The notes under the pieces were generated by a model that was not told where the DNA came from, ran no database searches, and saw only the letters and a program-made list of their open reading frames with translations. Position numbers and translations under genes: made by a program. From NCBI GenBank assembly GCA_951406725.2, contig OX597818.1, positions 51,584,001-51,648,000 on the forward strand: a stretch of DNA of 64,000 nt, given 5' to 3'. Origin of the DNA: Octopus vulgaris. Taxonomy: Eukaryota. Shown here one piece after another: positions 35,453 through 46,789 of this stretch (the first letter of the stretch is position 1; each line of letters opens with the position of its first letter).

Positions 35453-35870
35453 TACTCTTTACTCTTTTACTCTTTTACTTGTTTCAGTCATTTGACTGCG
35501 GCCATGCTGGAGCACGCCTTTAGTCGATCAAATCGACCCCGGAACTTATTCTTTGTAAGCCCAGTACTTATTCTATCGGTCTCTTTTGCCGAAACGCTAA
35601 GTGGCGGGGACGTAGACACACCAGCATCGGTTGTCAAGCAATGCTGGGGGGACAAACACAGACACACAAACACACACACACACACACATATATATATACA
35701 TATATACGACAGGCTTCTTTCAGTTTCCGTCTACCAAATCCACTCACAAGGCATTGGTCGGCACGGGGCTATAGCAGAAGACACTTGCCCAAGATGCCAC
35801 GCAGTGGGACTGAACCCGCGACCATGTGGCTGGTTAGCAAGCTACTTACCACACAGCCACTCCTGCGCCA
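35453..35870 (-). mobile_element. CORE-type SINE (family A)
   Basis: Full-length reverse-complement match. Confidence 0.88.
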
Positions 35871-35994
35871 CATCCTGACACCTTGGATGTCAAAAATACT
35901 GTTTTCGATTTTGCTTTACATAATAATTGCAAATGTTTCATAATTCATATTTGACATTAAATTTGTATAGAATAAGATTGTTAGATTATATGCA

Positions 35995-36303
35995 TAGGCG
36001 CAGGAGTGGCTGCGTGGTAAGTATCTTGCTTACCAACTACATTGTTCCGGGTTCAGTCCCACTACATTGTTCCGGGTTCAGTCGACTTTGCCTTTCATTT
36101 TTTCAGGGTCGATAAATTAAGTACCAGTTGCGTTCTAGGGTCGATCTAATCGATTGCCCCACTCCCCAAAAATTTCGAGCCTTGTGCCTAGAGTAGAAAA
36201 GAATAGGTGACTGTCACCTTGGGCAAATGTCTTTTACTATTGCCTCGGGCCGACCAAAGCCTTGTGAGTGGATTTGGTAGACAGAAACTGAAAGAAGCCC
36301 ATC

Positions 36304-36360
<57 letters not shown>

Positions 36361-36582
36361 CGTTCGTGTGCCTGTGTTTGATCCCCCAACATCGCTTGAC
36401 AACCAATGCTGGTGTATTTACATCCCCGTAACTTAGCGGTTCGGGAAGAAAGAGACCGATGGAATAAGTACTAGGTTTACAAAGAATCAGTCCTGGGGTC
36501 GATTTGCTCGACTAAAGGCGGTGCTCCAGCATGGCCACAGTCAAATGACTGAATCAAGTAAAAGAGTAAAAGAGTAAGAGAG
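35995..36582 (+). mobile_element. Family A SINE interrupted by a family B fragment (~36080-36210)
   Basis: Family A head, then GTCGACTTTGCCTTTCA segment, then resumption at CACCTTGGGCAAA. Confidence 0.78.
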
Positions 36583-36889
36583 TCAAAGAAAAATCTTTTT
36601 TTTACATAAGAAAAAATTATTCTGAAGATCTTTTTGTTGAGGTTAAATACGTTTTGAAATTTCGTTTTGATTTGTCAACGTATGCGATATTCTTTTACCT
36701 GCAAAATGATTTTTATCTACAGGTAGTTTTATTCACTTAATTTTTACGATGAACAATTATTTTTCGCATTTCTATTGGCAATATTCAACTGCTAAATTAA
36801 TTATTGCTATAACAATCATGTATCTACATGTATGACGTGAATTTCATGTTACATACATAGTAATAGCTGTGTAAGGGCTAAGTAAGACT

Positions 36890-36962
36890 GGGGAATTAGC
36901 TCAAGTGGTAGAGCGCTCGCTTAGCATGTGAGAGGTACCGGGATCGATACCCGGATTCTCCA
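36890..36962 (+). tRNA. tRNA-Ala(AGC)
   Basis: Intact 73-nt cloverleaf, G3:U70, loop TTAGCAT, one G-U in the anticodon stem. Confidence 0.9.
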
Positions 36963-37517
36963 TTACGTCTATTTGTTTTGCTTCCCCTCATTTTCATGTT
37001 TTATGGTGTTGTAGTTTCTATGAATTGCTTTGCGTACTTTGATTTGTGACAAATTGCATTACAATATTTCTTAGATTAGAGAAGAGCTCCATTTAATCTT
37101 TTGGTAGTGTTAAAAATTATGGTTCATCACAATTCTATATGGTAATTCCGTGGATGGGCTCCAGACTAACTGGTTTTTACTCAAACCTATCAGTAATTCA
37201 GTAATGAACCTATAATGACTACTGGAAACAGCTGTAAGCCAAATTTGCTCCAGTAAAGGAATGATATGTAATGACCATTGTTTTTAACTTGTTTCTTATA
37301 TATACATTATTTTAAACTTATCTCTAATATATATATATATATATATATATAATAGTTATCGCCATACTAATATGGCATTCTTATAAAAATAAGAAAAAAG
37401 CTGTCCGCTTATTAGCTCCATGAGGCCATCGCCTTAAGTTAGCTATTTGATACACAAACTGTATCCATATAACCTTCGAACAAGGGAGGTCAGTCGCTCC
37501 ACACTACTTGACCGGCA

Positions 37518-37559
37518 GCTACAGACGCGTTTCGGAGTATTGCCCCTTTTCAATGCAGC
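37518..37559 (-). ncRNA. Type I hammerhead ribozyme, U3-A8 variant (also 37881-37922, 38243-38284, 38604-38645, 38966-39007)
   Basis: Reverse complement GCTGCA-TTGAAAA-GGGG(CAATA)CTCC-GAAAC-GC-GTC-TGTAGC. Confidence 0.82.
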
Positions 37560-39135
37560 GTAGCCAGCCAGTAGGTGTCGCTTCCGACAATCTCTGTTCG
37601 ATGGTTTTATTTACCTAGTTTCGGTGGAATACATCCACTTGTTTTCAATAATAGAAATATTAAAATAACTAAGTCTCTCTAAAAGAGAACAGCGGCAGCG
37701 TTCCCGGAAAATAATAGTTATCGCCATACTAATATGGCATTCTTATAAAAATAAGAAAAAAGCTGTCCGCTTATTAGCTCCATGTAGGCTATCGCCTTAA
37801 GTTAGCTATTTGATACACAAACTGTATCCATATAACCTTCGAACAAGGGAGGTCAGTCGCTCCACACTACTTGACCGGCAGCTACAGACGCGTTTCGGAG
37901 TATTGCCCCTTTTCAATGCAGCGTAGCCAGCCAGTAGGTGTCGCTTCCGACAATCTCTGTTCGATGGTTTTATTTACCTAGTTTCGGTGGAATACATCCA
38001 CTTGTTTTCAATAATAGAAATATTAAAATAACTAAGTCTCTCTAAAAGAGAACAGCGGCAGCGTTCCCGGAAAATAATAGTTATCGCCATACTAATATGG
38101 CATTCTTATAAAAATAAGAAAAAAGCTGTCCGCTTATTAGCTCCATGAGGCCATCGCCTTAAGTTAGCTATTTGATACACAAACTGTATCCATATAACCT
38201 TCGAACAAGGGAGGTCAGTCGCTCCACACTACTTGACCGGCAGCTACAGACGCGTTTCGGAGTATTGCCCCTTTTCAATGCAGCGTAGCCAGCCAGTAGG
38301 TGTCGCTTCCGACAATCTCTGTTCGATGGTTTTATTTACCTAGTTTCGGTGGAATACATCCACTTGTTTTCAATAATAGAAATATTAAAATAACTAAGTC
38401 TCTCTAAAAGAGAACAGCGGCAGCGTTCCCGGAAAATAATAGTTATCGCCATACTAATATGGCATTCTTATAAAAATAAGAAAAAGCTGTCCGCTTATTA
38501 GCTCCATGAGGCCATCGCCTTAAGTTAGCTATTTGATACACAAACTGTATCCATATAACCTTCGAACAAGGGAGGTCAGTCGCTCCACACTACTTGACCG
38601 GCAGCTACAGACGCGTTTCGGAGTATTGCCCCTTTTCAATGCAGCGTAGCCAGCCAGTAGGTGTCGCTTCCGACAATCTCTGTTCGATGGTTTTATTTAC
38701 CTAGTTTCGGTGGAATACATCCACTTGTTTTCAATAATAGAAATATTAAAATAACTAAGTCTCTCTAAAAGAGAACAGCGGCAGCGTTCCCGGAAAATAA
38801 TAGTTATCGCCATACTAATATGGCATTCTTATAAAAATAAGAAAAAAGCTGTCCGCTTATTAGCTCCATGAGGCCATCGCCTTAAGTTAGCTATTTGATA
38901 CACAAACTGTATCCATATAACCTTCGAACAAGGGAGGTCAGTCGCTCCACACTACTTGACCGGCAGCTACAGACGCGTTTCGGAGTATTGCCCCTTTTCA
39001 ATGCAGCGTAGCCAGCCAGTAGGTGTCGCTTCCGACAATCTCTGTTCGATGGTTTTATTTACCTAGTTTCGGTAAACTAGGTAAATAAAACCATCGAACA
39101 GAGATTGTCGGAAGCGACACCTACTGGCTGGCTAC

Positions 39136-39177
39136 GCTGCATTGAAAAGGGGCAATACTCCGAAACGCGTCTGTAGC
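39136..39177 (+). ncRNA. Type I hammerhead ribozyme, U3-A8 variant (also 39498-39539, 39860-39901); predicted cleavage after C39171
   Basis: Stem I GCTGCA/TGTAGC, extended by TGGCTGGC/GCCGGTCA and CTAC/GTAG. Core TTGAAAA. Stem II GGGG/CTCC. GAAA. Palindromic stem III ACGCGT. GUC triplet. Confidence 0.85.
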
Positions 39178-40127
39178 TGCCGGTCAAGTAGTGTGGAGCG
39201 ACTGACCTCCCTTGTTCGAAGGTTATATGGATACAGTTTGTGTATCAAATAGCTAACTTAAGGCGATGGCCTCATGGAGCTAATAAGCGGACAGCTTTTT
39301 TCTTATTTTTATAAGAATGCCATATTAGTATGGCGATAACTATTATTTTCCGGGAACGCTGCCGCTGTTCTCTTTTAGAGAGACTTAGTTATTTTAATAT
39401 TTCTATTATTGAAAACAAGTGGATGTATTCCACCGAAACTAGGTAAATAAAACCATCGAACAGAGATTGTCGGAAGCGACACCTACTGGCTGGCTACGCT
39501 GCATTGAAAAGGGGCAATACTCCGAAACGCGTCTGTAGCTGCCGGTCAAGTAGTGTGGAGCGACTGACCTCCCTTGTTCGAAGGTTATATGGATACAGTT
39601 TGTGTATCAAATAGCTAACTTAAGGCGATGGCCTCATGGAGCTAATAAGCGGACAGCTTTTTTCTTATTTTTATAAGAATGCCATATTAGTATGGCGATA
39701 ACTATTATTTTCCGGGAACGCTGCCGCTGTTCTCTTTTAGAGAGACTTAGTTATTTTAATATTTCTATTATTGAAAACAAGTGGATGTATTCCACCGAAA
39801 CTAGGTAAATAAAACCATCGAACAGAGATTGTCGGAAGCGACACCTACTGGCTGGCTACGCTGCATTGAAAAGGGGCAATACTCCGAAACGCGTCTGTAG
39901 CTGCCGGTCAAGTAGTGTGGAGCGACTGACCTCCCTTGTTCGAAGGTTATATGGATACAGTTTGTGTATCAAATAGCTAACTTAAGGCGATGGCCTCATG
40001 GAGCTAATAAGCGGACAGCTTTTTTCTTATTTTTATAAGAATGCCATATTAGTATGGCGATAACTATTATTTTCCGGGAACGCTGCCGCTGTTCTCTTTT
40101 AGAGAGACTTAGTTATTTTAATATTTC

Positions 40128-40157
<30 letters not shown>

Positions 40158-40158
<1 letters not shown>

Positions 40159-40565
40159 CTCTTTATACTCTTTTACTTGTTTCAGTCATTTGACTGCGGC
40201 CATGCTGGAGCACCGCCTTTAGTCGAGCAAATCGACCCCGGGACTTATTCTTTGTAAGCCCAGTACTTATTCTATCGGTCTCTTTTGCCGAACCGCTAAG
40301 TGACGGGACATAAACACACCAGCATCGGTTGTCAAGCAATGCTAGGGGGACAAACACAGACACACAAACACATACACACACATACATACATATATATATA
40401 TGCATATATACGACAGGCTTCTTTCAGTTTCCGTCTACCAAATCCACTCACAAGGCATTGGTCGGCCCGGGGCTATAGCAGAAGAAACCTGCCCAAGATG
40501 CCACGCAGTGGGACCGAACCCGGAACCATGTGGTTGGTTAGCAAGCTACTTACCACACAGCCACT

Positions 40566-40568
<3 letters not shown>
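40158..40568 (-). mobile_element. CORE-type SINE (family A)
   Basis: Full-length reverse-complement match. Confidence 0.88.
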
Positions 40569-40661
<93 letters not shown>

Positions 40662-40753
40662 AGGAAAATGCCACTTATATTTGAACACTATACAAATATT
40701 CTTTTAAAAAAACTTTACTTTTAATTTTTCTAAATTTAATTATTTAATTGTTA

Positions 40754-40790
40754 CAGTTGAAAAGGTCTCAAATGACTGAAACCGGTACTG
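40754..40790 (+). ncRNA. Minimal type I hammerhead motif (U3-A8 variant) in a ~185-bp insert between two (TA)n tracts
   Basis: CAG-TTGAAAA-GGTC(TCAAAT)GACT-GAAAC-CG-GTA-CTG, with palindromic stem III ACCGGT and a GUA triplet. Confidence 0.68.
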
Positions 40791-40838
40791 AAATGTTCTT
40801 TACAAAATTATTTTAGCATTTTCTATCCTGACTTGTTT

Positions 40839-40904
<66 letters not shown>

Positions 40905-41006
40905 AGAGAAATGGTAAGACAACAAAAGAATGAAAGAGACCTCAATATTATATAAATAGAGGAATTTATCTGTAAATGTAATATGTGACAATTATTCCGT
41001 AGCCAT

Positions 41007-41067
41007 GATAAAACTCCGAGTTTCGGATGTCGGGGTGGAAATCCACGCCGCCATCTCCTCAGTTATC
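41007..41067 (-). ncRNA. Type I hammerhead motif in a (TA)n-adjacent short element
   Basis: Reverse complement GATAA-CTGAGGA-GATG...CATC-C-GAAA-CTC(G)GAG-TT-TTATC. Confidence 0.62.
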
Positions 41068-42309
41068 CGGCCAACGGAAAAATGCTATGAAAATATAAAT
41101 AATATTCAACAACTACTGTAGTTGAATAATATTCTTAGGGCCGCAATTTACTCTCACGCAGCACCTTTCTGATCTTGTCGCTAATTCAGTTCTTAACAAA
41201 ATTGAAAACTGTTAACATTTTTGAAGAGGACTGGTTGTTAGCTACATTTTGGCATTAAAAAATTGAGATTTGATCCAGTAGAAAAAAAGTTTACATGAAA
41301 AATTTGTAGCAACGTTATAGGAGAGTAAGTAACGGCATTAATCAAATTTAGATGTTAATAACTTTTTTGTTTTTTAAAAGCAAAATATATTCACCTTAGC
41401 TTCAATGATAGCAGAAAACATGAAGAATTTCTTAGTTTTGTTCCCATACAACAAAAGTTTATATAAAAAATGTTGTGTGGTAAAATATGAAAAAGAAATA
41501 TAAGGCAAAAAATTAGATTTAAGTATAATTAACTTTTTTATTTTAAAAACAATCTATATTTTAATTAACTTTAAATGATAGAGCTCAATTCGAGGAATTT
41601 CATGGTATCAATCTCATGCAATGAAGTTTTAAAAGAAAATAAAGTTATGAATGTTTGTTTCTCAAATTTGAGGGTGATGATATAGTTCTATACATTTTTA
41701 TAAGGGGTCTTTTAATATATGTCACCGGCGTCATTGAGGTAAGAAAAAAATTATCAACGACACCGCTAATTGACTCATTTGACACATTATTAATTAGCAT
41801 AATAGCATAGCCTGGAAAAAAGCATGGATTACATGGAACAATGCGAGCAAGAGAAATAATATTCTTAAAGTTATAAATCTGGAAAATTAGAGGACAAGTT
41901 ATTACTGAGATTCGAACCCAAGAGCCATCGAACGAGAGTCCGCTACTCTATCCACTAGGCCATGTGCCTCCACGGTATATTTTATGTAACGATATATTAT
42001 TGCGATATTTTCTGCCTGTGACATCTACAAAGCACTTATGTATCGTCACGTGATCTACACACACGTAAATTTATAGAGTAATTCTTGTATACAGGTGCAC
42101 AACTAAAACAAAAAGGGATAGGGGTGGGGTGGGGGGCATCAGGTGCACTGTTGGCGAATTTCGCAGTACGCTTGATGCGCCCCCGCCAGCTCTGTATCTC
42201 CTTTTGCTTTTAGTTGCAGTTTACCTGAGCAAATGATTAAACAAATGATTAAATACTGGAGAATGAACAATACATAAAAAAATAAATAAAATAGAAAAAA
42301 ACATTGGAA

Positions 42310-42382
42310 TGGAGAATCCGGGCATCGATCCCGGTACCTCTCGCATGCTAAGCGAGCGCTCTACCACCTGAGCTAATTCCCC
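42310..42382 (-). tRNA. tRNA-Ala(AGC)
   Basis: Perfect cloverleaf, G3:U70, downstream T6 terminator. Confidence 0.94.
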
Positions 42383-42702
42383 ACTGGTAGTAGTCCAAAT
42401 GCATATAACATAAAATGAAATAAACTTCATATTAGTGGCGGGTTATTCAGAGAATAACAAATTTAGCAATATGATTCTGTTTATAGAGATGACAAAAATT
42501 GATTATTTATTTGAATAAACAAAACTATCCAGCGATAACAGTTACTGTCAGAAATATGCAATAATAGAAAAAGGACAGGGAAAACCATACGGAAATCTGT
42601 CGTAATATTGCTTAAGAATATTAAAAAATATAGACTTTATAACTAGATAATACAGTTTTGTATTTGAGTAGCATATGGGAACCGGTATTGAGGAAGAATA
42701 AA

Positions 42703-42932
42703 GGCGGCGAGCTGGCAGAAGCGTTAGCACGCCGGGCGAAATGCTTTGCGGTATTTCGTCTGCCGTTACGTTGTGAGTTCAAATTCCGCCGAGGTCGACT
42801 TTGCCTTTCATCCTTTCGGGGTCGATAAATTAAGTACCAGTTACGCACTGGGGTCGATGTAATCGACATAATACCTATGTCTGTCCTTGTTTGTCCCCTC
42901 TATGTTTAGCCCCTCGTGGGTAATAAAGAAAT
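42703..42932 (+). mobile_element. SINE family B
   Basis: Full length, flanked by a 17-bp TSD GGTATTGAGGAAGAATA. Confidence 0.9.
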
Positions 42933-43601
42933 AGGTATTGAGGAAGAATAGGAAAGTATATCAGCCGAAACGTTGTGTTAACAACAAACAAGATGAGGAC
43001 AAATATCCGTCAAATGTAAATAATGTTTATAACTAGACTTATAATTCATTTCGTTGACTAAGGGTTTTTGAAATATCATTCAAATGATAATTCGGTATTA
43101 TTTTTAGTTGTGCAACTCTACACACTGGCTCTGGAATGAAATTTACTCTGGAGGGGCAAACCCAGGTTTAAAACTTTTTTTAAATACAATAATAAATCGA
43201 TTATATCAACCCCAGTATTCAACTGGTACATAACAAGATATAATATTAATTACTTTGTCTTATGTGTATATAGGAAATTGTGAGATATAAATTAGGAACA
43301 AATAATTAGAGATATATTCCTGCCTGTGACTTCCACAGTGACAATACTGACGTACCATCACGTGATCTACAAATCTGCATGTTTGTTGAGTAATTCTGAA
43401 TATTTTGAATATGATCAATAAAACAAATTATTAAATCCTGGAGATTAACCTATTTAAAGAAACCAAGTAAAAGCTGTACGTTGTATATCAGTTTCACGCA
43501 TATATACATATGAAAAAGATTTAAAGTTTCAATGCAATTTAAACACGCTAAAATAGTGGTAAAGCATTAATGAACAAAGCATCAAAAACAAACAAAAAAG
43601 A

Positions 43602-43660
43602 TGGAGAATCATGGTATCGATCCCGTATCTTTCACATGCTAACGAGCAGTCTATCACATC
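43602..43660 (-). pseudogene. tRNA-Ala pseudogene (5'-decayed)
   Basis: TGGAGAATCATGGTATCGATCCCGTATCTTTCACATGCTAACGAGC on plus. Flank duplicated with 45888. Confidence 0.75.
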
Positions 43661-43805
43661 ACTGCTTTTGTTAATTAATTTTGTTCTTTGTTCTTTGTAA
43701 CAAAATGAGGAAGATATTTTGCTATTTATTTATGTAACGAAATTTTATTGTGATATTTTCTGCTTGTAATTTCTACAGTGAAAGCGCTGATGTATCACAA
43801 GAACA

Positions 43806-44428
43806 GTATTGAACCGTGATAGGAAATTCAACAAAAAATATACTTCATCTAGTGAGAGATAAATATTATATCGGAATGCTCACAGCAGCCATATTCCTAC
43901 CACTCTATGTCACGCTGGTGAGACCCATATTGGAGTACGGGATTCAAGCCTCTTCTCCTTATCTCCTCAAAGACATACAGCATCTCGAAAGAGTCCAGAA
44001 GCTGGCTACCCGCATGGTTCATGGTCTCAAAAATTTGTCCTATGAAGAAAGGCTGAGGACGCTCGACCTTTATTCTCTTGAAAAACGCCGCCGCCGTGGT
44101 GATCTCATTCTCGCCCACAACATCATAAGCGGAAAGTGTAACCTCTCGAAAGAGCTGTTCTTCACTCCTGCTCCAGAGCGTCGGCTGCGGGGTCATTCCG
44201 AAAAGCTCTACCTGCGACGATTTCATCTCAATCGAAGGAGAGGAGCTTTCTCCGTCCGGATTGCGGATCCGTGGAACAAGCTGCCAGACGAGATGGTAAA
44301 GATGCCGACGACCGCTTTGTTCAAAGCCTCCCTGGACCTCAAGTGGCCTGAACTCTTTACATGAACACCACCCTGTACTTAACTCCATGTCCCCCTACAT
44401 GGCCTTGCTATTTGCTTTTGAGCCAAAT

Positions 44429-44491
<63 letters not shown>

Positions 44492-44582
44492 GTAACTAAC
44501 TAACTAACTATTATTCAAAAGTCACAAATTCTCTCACCAGATGGAGTACTTTTTTTGATGAATTTTCTATCACGGTTCAGTA
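43806..44582. mobile_element. Short MITE with ~55-bp imperfect TIRs, interrupted by a CR1 insertion
   Basis: TGAACCGTGATAGGAAATTCAACAAAAAA...TCATCTAGTGAGAGA (43810-43859) is inverted at 44530-44580. Confidence 0.6.
43870..44510 (+). mobile_element. 5'-truncated CR1-like LINE with (ACTA)n tail
   Basis: Open frame LYVTLVRPILEYG...LERVQKLATRMV...YEERL...RRRRGDLI...WNKLP, short 3' UTR, tandem ACTA tail. Confidence 0.93.
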
Positions 44583-44757
44583 CATTATATACCTCCTAAC
44601 GTAGGCTTTTCACTGCAAATTCATACTATGATATGATTGGCGTGATTGTTTGTTGAATGACTCTAAAGATTCAACTAAGAATATTATGGATTTATACCAC
44701 GTGGATAACTCTACCAAAAATATACCAGCACCATCGAATAAACTATACCTCAGGATA

Positions 44758-45157
44758 TTCTTTTCTACTCTGGACACAAGGCCCGATATTTGGTGGGGAG
44801 GGACCAGTCGATTAGATCGATCCCAGTACGCAATTGGTACTTAATTTATGGACCGCGAAAGGATAAAGGGCAAAGTCGACCTCGGCGGAATTTGAACTCA
44901 GAACGTAAAGACAGACGAAATACCTATTTCTTTATTACCCACAAGGGGCTAAACACAGAGGGGACAAACAAGGACAGACATAGGTATTAAGTCGATTACA
45001 TCGACCCCAGTGCGTAACTGGTACTTAATTTATCGACCCCGAAAGGATGAAAGGCAAAGTCGACCTCGGCGGAATTTGAACTCAGAACGTAAAGACAGAC
45101 GAAATACCGATAAGCATTCCGCCCGGCGTGCTAACGTTTCTGCCAGCTCGCCGCCTT
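44758..45157 (-). mobile_element. Dimeric SINE family B inserted in a PLE remnant
   Basis: Two bodies. TSD-like TATA(C/T)CTCAGGATATT. Confidence 0.85.
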
Positions 45158-45720
45158 TATATCTCAGGATATTACTTGAGAAAGTTGAAGACCTCGTTAA
45201 ACGGATGAGATGGAAAACTTTATTTTTTGATTCCAGACTATCTCCCTCATATAGAGAAAGGTATGATTTAAAGACACGGAAATATCCTCCTATTGTTAAC
45301 GATTTAGCCCCCTCTGAGTCTGAGCTCCTTAATTTAGTTACTAATATTATATTTCGAAAAAACTCATATCCCCTTTCAGTCTAAAAGGAAATCTGAGACT
45401 AAATACTTTAGAAATTCTAAAAAGGAGTTTGTTTTTTCAGACAGGACTTATTAACCTATGTGAAGTTACTAATGATTTATACGTTAAGTTGCTAAAAGAC
45501 ATCATTTTCTCTAAATATTATATAAGAAAACTAGCGTAGAGAGATACAATGATGTCAAATTCCTCGCTAAACGTAGCAATTTCGATGATAGATTAAAATG
45601 CTTAGCTAAGAGGGGGGGGGGTGTTTATTACTTTAAAAGACCATAAGCCCAATTTTCATAATAATCCTTCCTGTAGATTGTTAAACACACCGATATCTCA
45701 GATTAGGCAAGTAGCTAAAA
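45158..45720 (+). mobile_element. Degenerate Penelope-like RT N-terminal fragment
   Basis: EKVEDLVKRMRWKTLFF and [21 protein letters not shown] resemble the PLE RT start. Stops and frameshifts present. Confidence 0.7.
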
Positions 45721-45887
45721 TAAAACCATGTCCGTGTTTGTGTATTTTCTATGTATGTGTGTTCCATATCAGTTTCACGCATATATATATATGAAAGAGA
45801 TTTAAAGTTTCAATGCAATTTAAACACAATAAAATAGTGGTAAAGCATTACTGAACAAAGCATCAAAAAAAAAAAAAAAAGAAAAAA

Positions 45888-45954
45888 TGGAGAATCAGGG
45901 TATCGACCCCGTATCTTTCACATACTAACGAGCAGTCTACCACATCACTAATTT
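45888..45954 (-). pseudogene. tRNA-Ala pseudogene
   Basis: Degenerate copy sharing ~120 bp of flank with 43602. Confidence 0.72.
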
Positions 45955-46136
45955 GGCTTTTTCCTCAGTTTTTGCCTAAGTGGATGTGACATAAAATGAA
46001 ATCAACGTCATATGAGTGACTCGTGATTCAGACAATAAATTTAGCAACAAAAGTCTGTTACAAAATGATCGAAACACTAAAATAGTATATTAAGGAAAGA
46101 AAAAAAATAAGGAAGATTCGCATGAAAATTCTTATG

Positions 46137-46209
46137 TGGAGAATCCGGGTATCGATCCCGGTACCTCTCGCATGCAAAGCGAGCGCTCTACCGCCTGAGC
46201 TAATTCCCC
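46137..46209 (-). tRNA. tRNA-Ala(TGC) on the same body as the AGC genes
   Basis: GGGGAATTAGCTCAGGCGGTAGAGCGCTCGC-TTTGCAT-GCGAGAGGTACCGGGATCGATACCCGGATTCTCCA. All stems intact. Confidence 0.92.
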
Positions 46210-46789
46210 AGTGTCAATCATTCGGTAAAAGCATACTTTATATAATGTTAAATATTAAAAAATCAAGCACACTGTATAAACAAGTTAAAAAGAGATATGA
46301 AAACTCAATTAACTCCAGCAAAAAATCTTGTATTCAATATATAGGCATTCTTTCGATATAACTCGACAAAATCAAAACATTTCACTTCGGATGTTTCCGT
46401 GGAAGTAAATGACAGTTCGATTCTATTTTCTGCTTGGAAATTTGCGGATTTTACATACACACATGAAACAGGTAAGAACAAATATGCAAGGCTTTTTTTC
46501 TTCAAATTTGAAATGAGACATTGCTGGCATAATTTCGTTATATCTATACTCCACAACCCACGGAAATACCCGAAGTGAATTGCTTTGATTTTGTCGAGTC
46601 ATATCGAAAGAATGCCAATATATAGCTAGATTAGTGATTATAGCCTCATAGCTCACTTCCGAAAGTCATTTAGCATAAAATTGTTTTCGATTTGGGTCGT
46701 TTGAGCCTCTTTCGTATTGCAAGCTCTTGATGGTCTTCTTCGCGCCAGGCACGAAGCTGGAATTAAACCGAAAGAGTGCGATAACAGAA

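Larger units (their letters stand above)
37351..40131. mobile_element. Hammerhead-ribozyme tandem array (retrozyme/PLE-associated type): 362-bp units, ~4.75 copies on minus and ~2.9 copies on plus, head-to-head, inside (TA)n
   Basis: Unit starts at 37351, 37713, 38076, 38438 and 38799. Inversion point ...CCTAGTTT-CGGT-AAACTAGG... at 39070-39073. (TA)n on both flanks. One hammerhead per unit. No long ORF. Confidence 0.88.

Noticed and set aside
39060-39085. Read fold-back artefact as the explanation for the palindrome
   Set aside because: The arms differ in length and lead into different unique flanks, which a simple fold-back chimera would not produce. Still worth a raw-read check.
37351-40131. 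CRISPR array or rRNA/snRNA tandem cluster
   Set aside because: There are no unique spacers and no resemblance to 5S rRNA or spliceosomal snRNAs that I can recognise. The units are identical 362-mers with a hammerhead fold.
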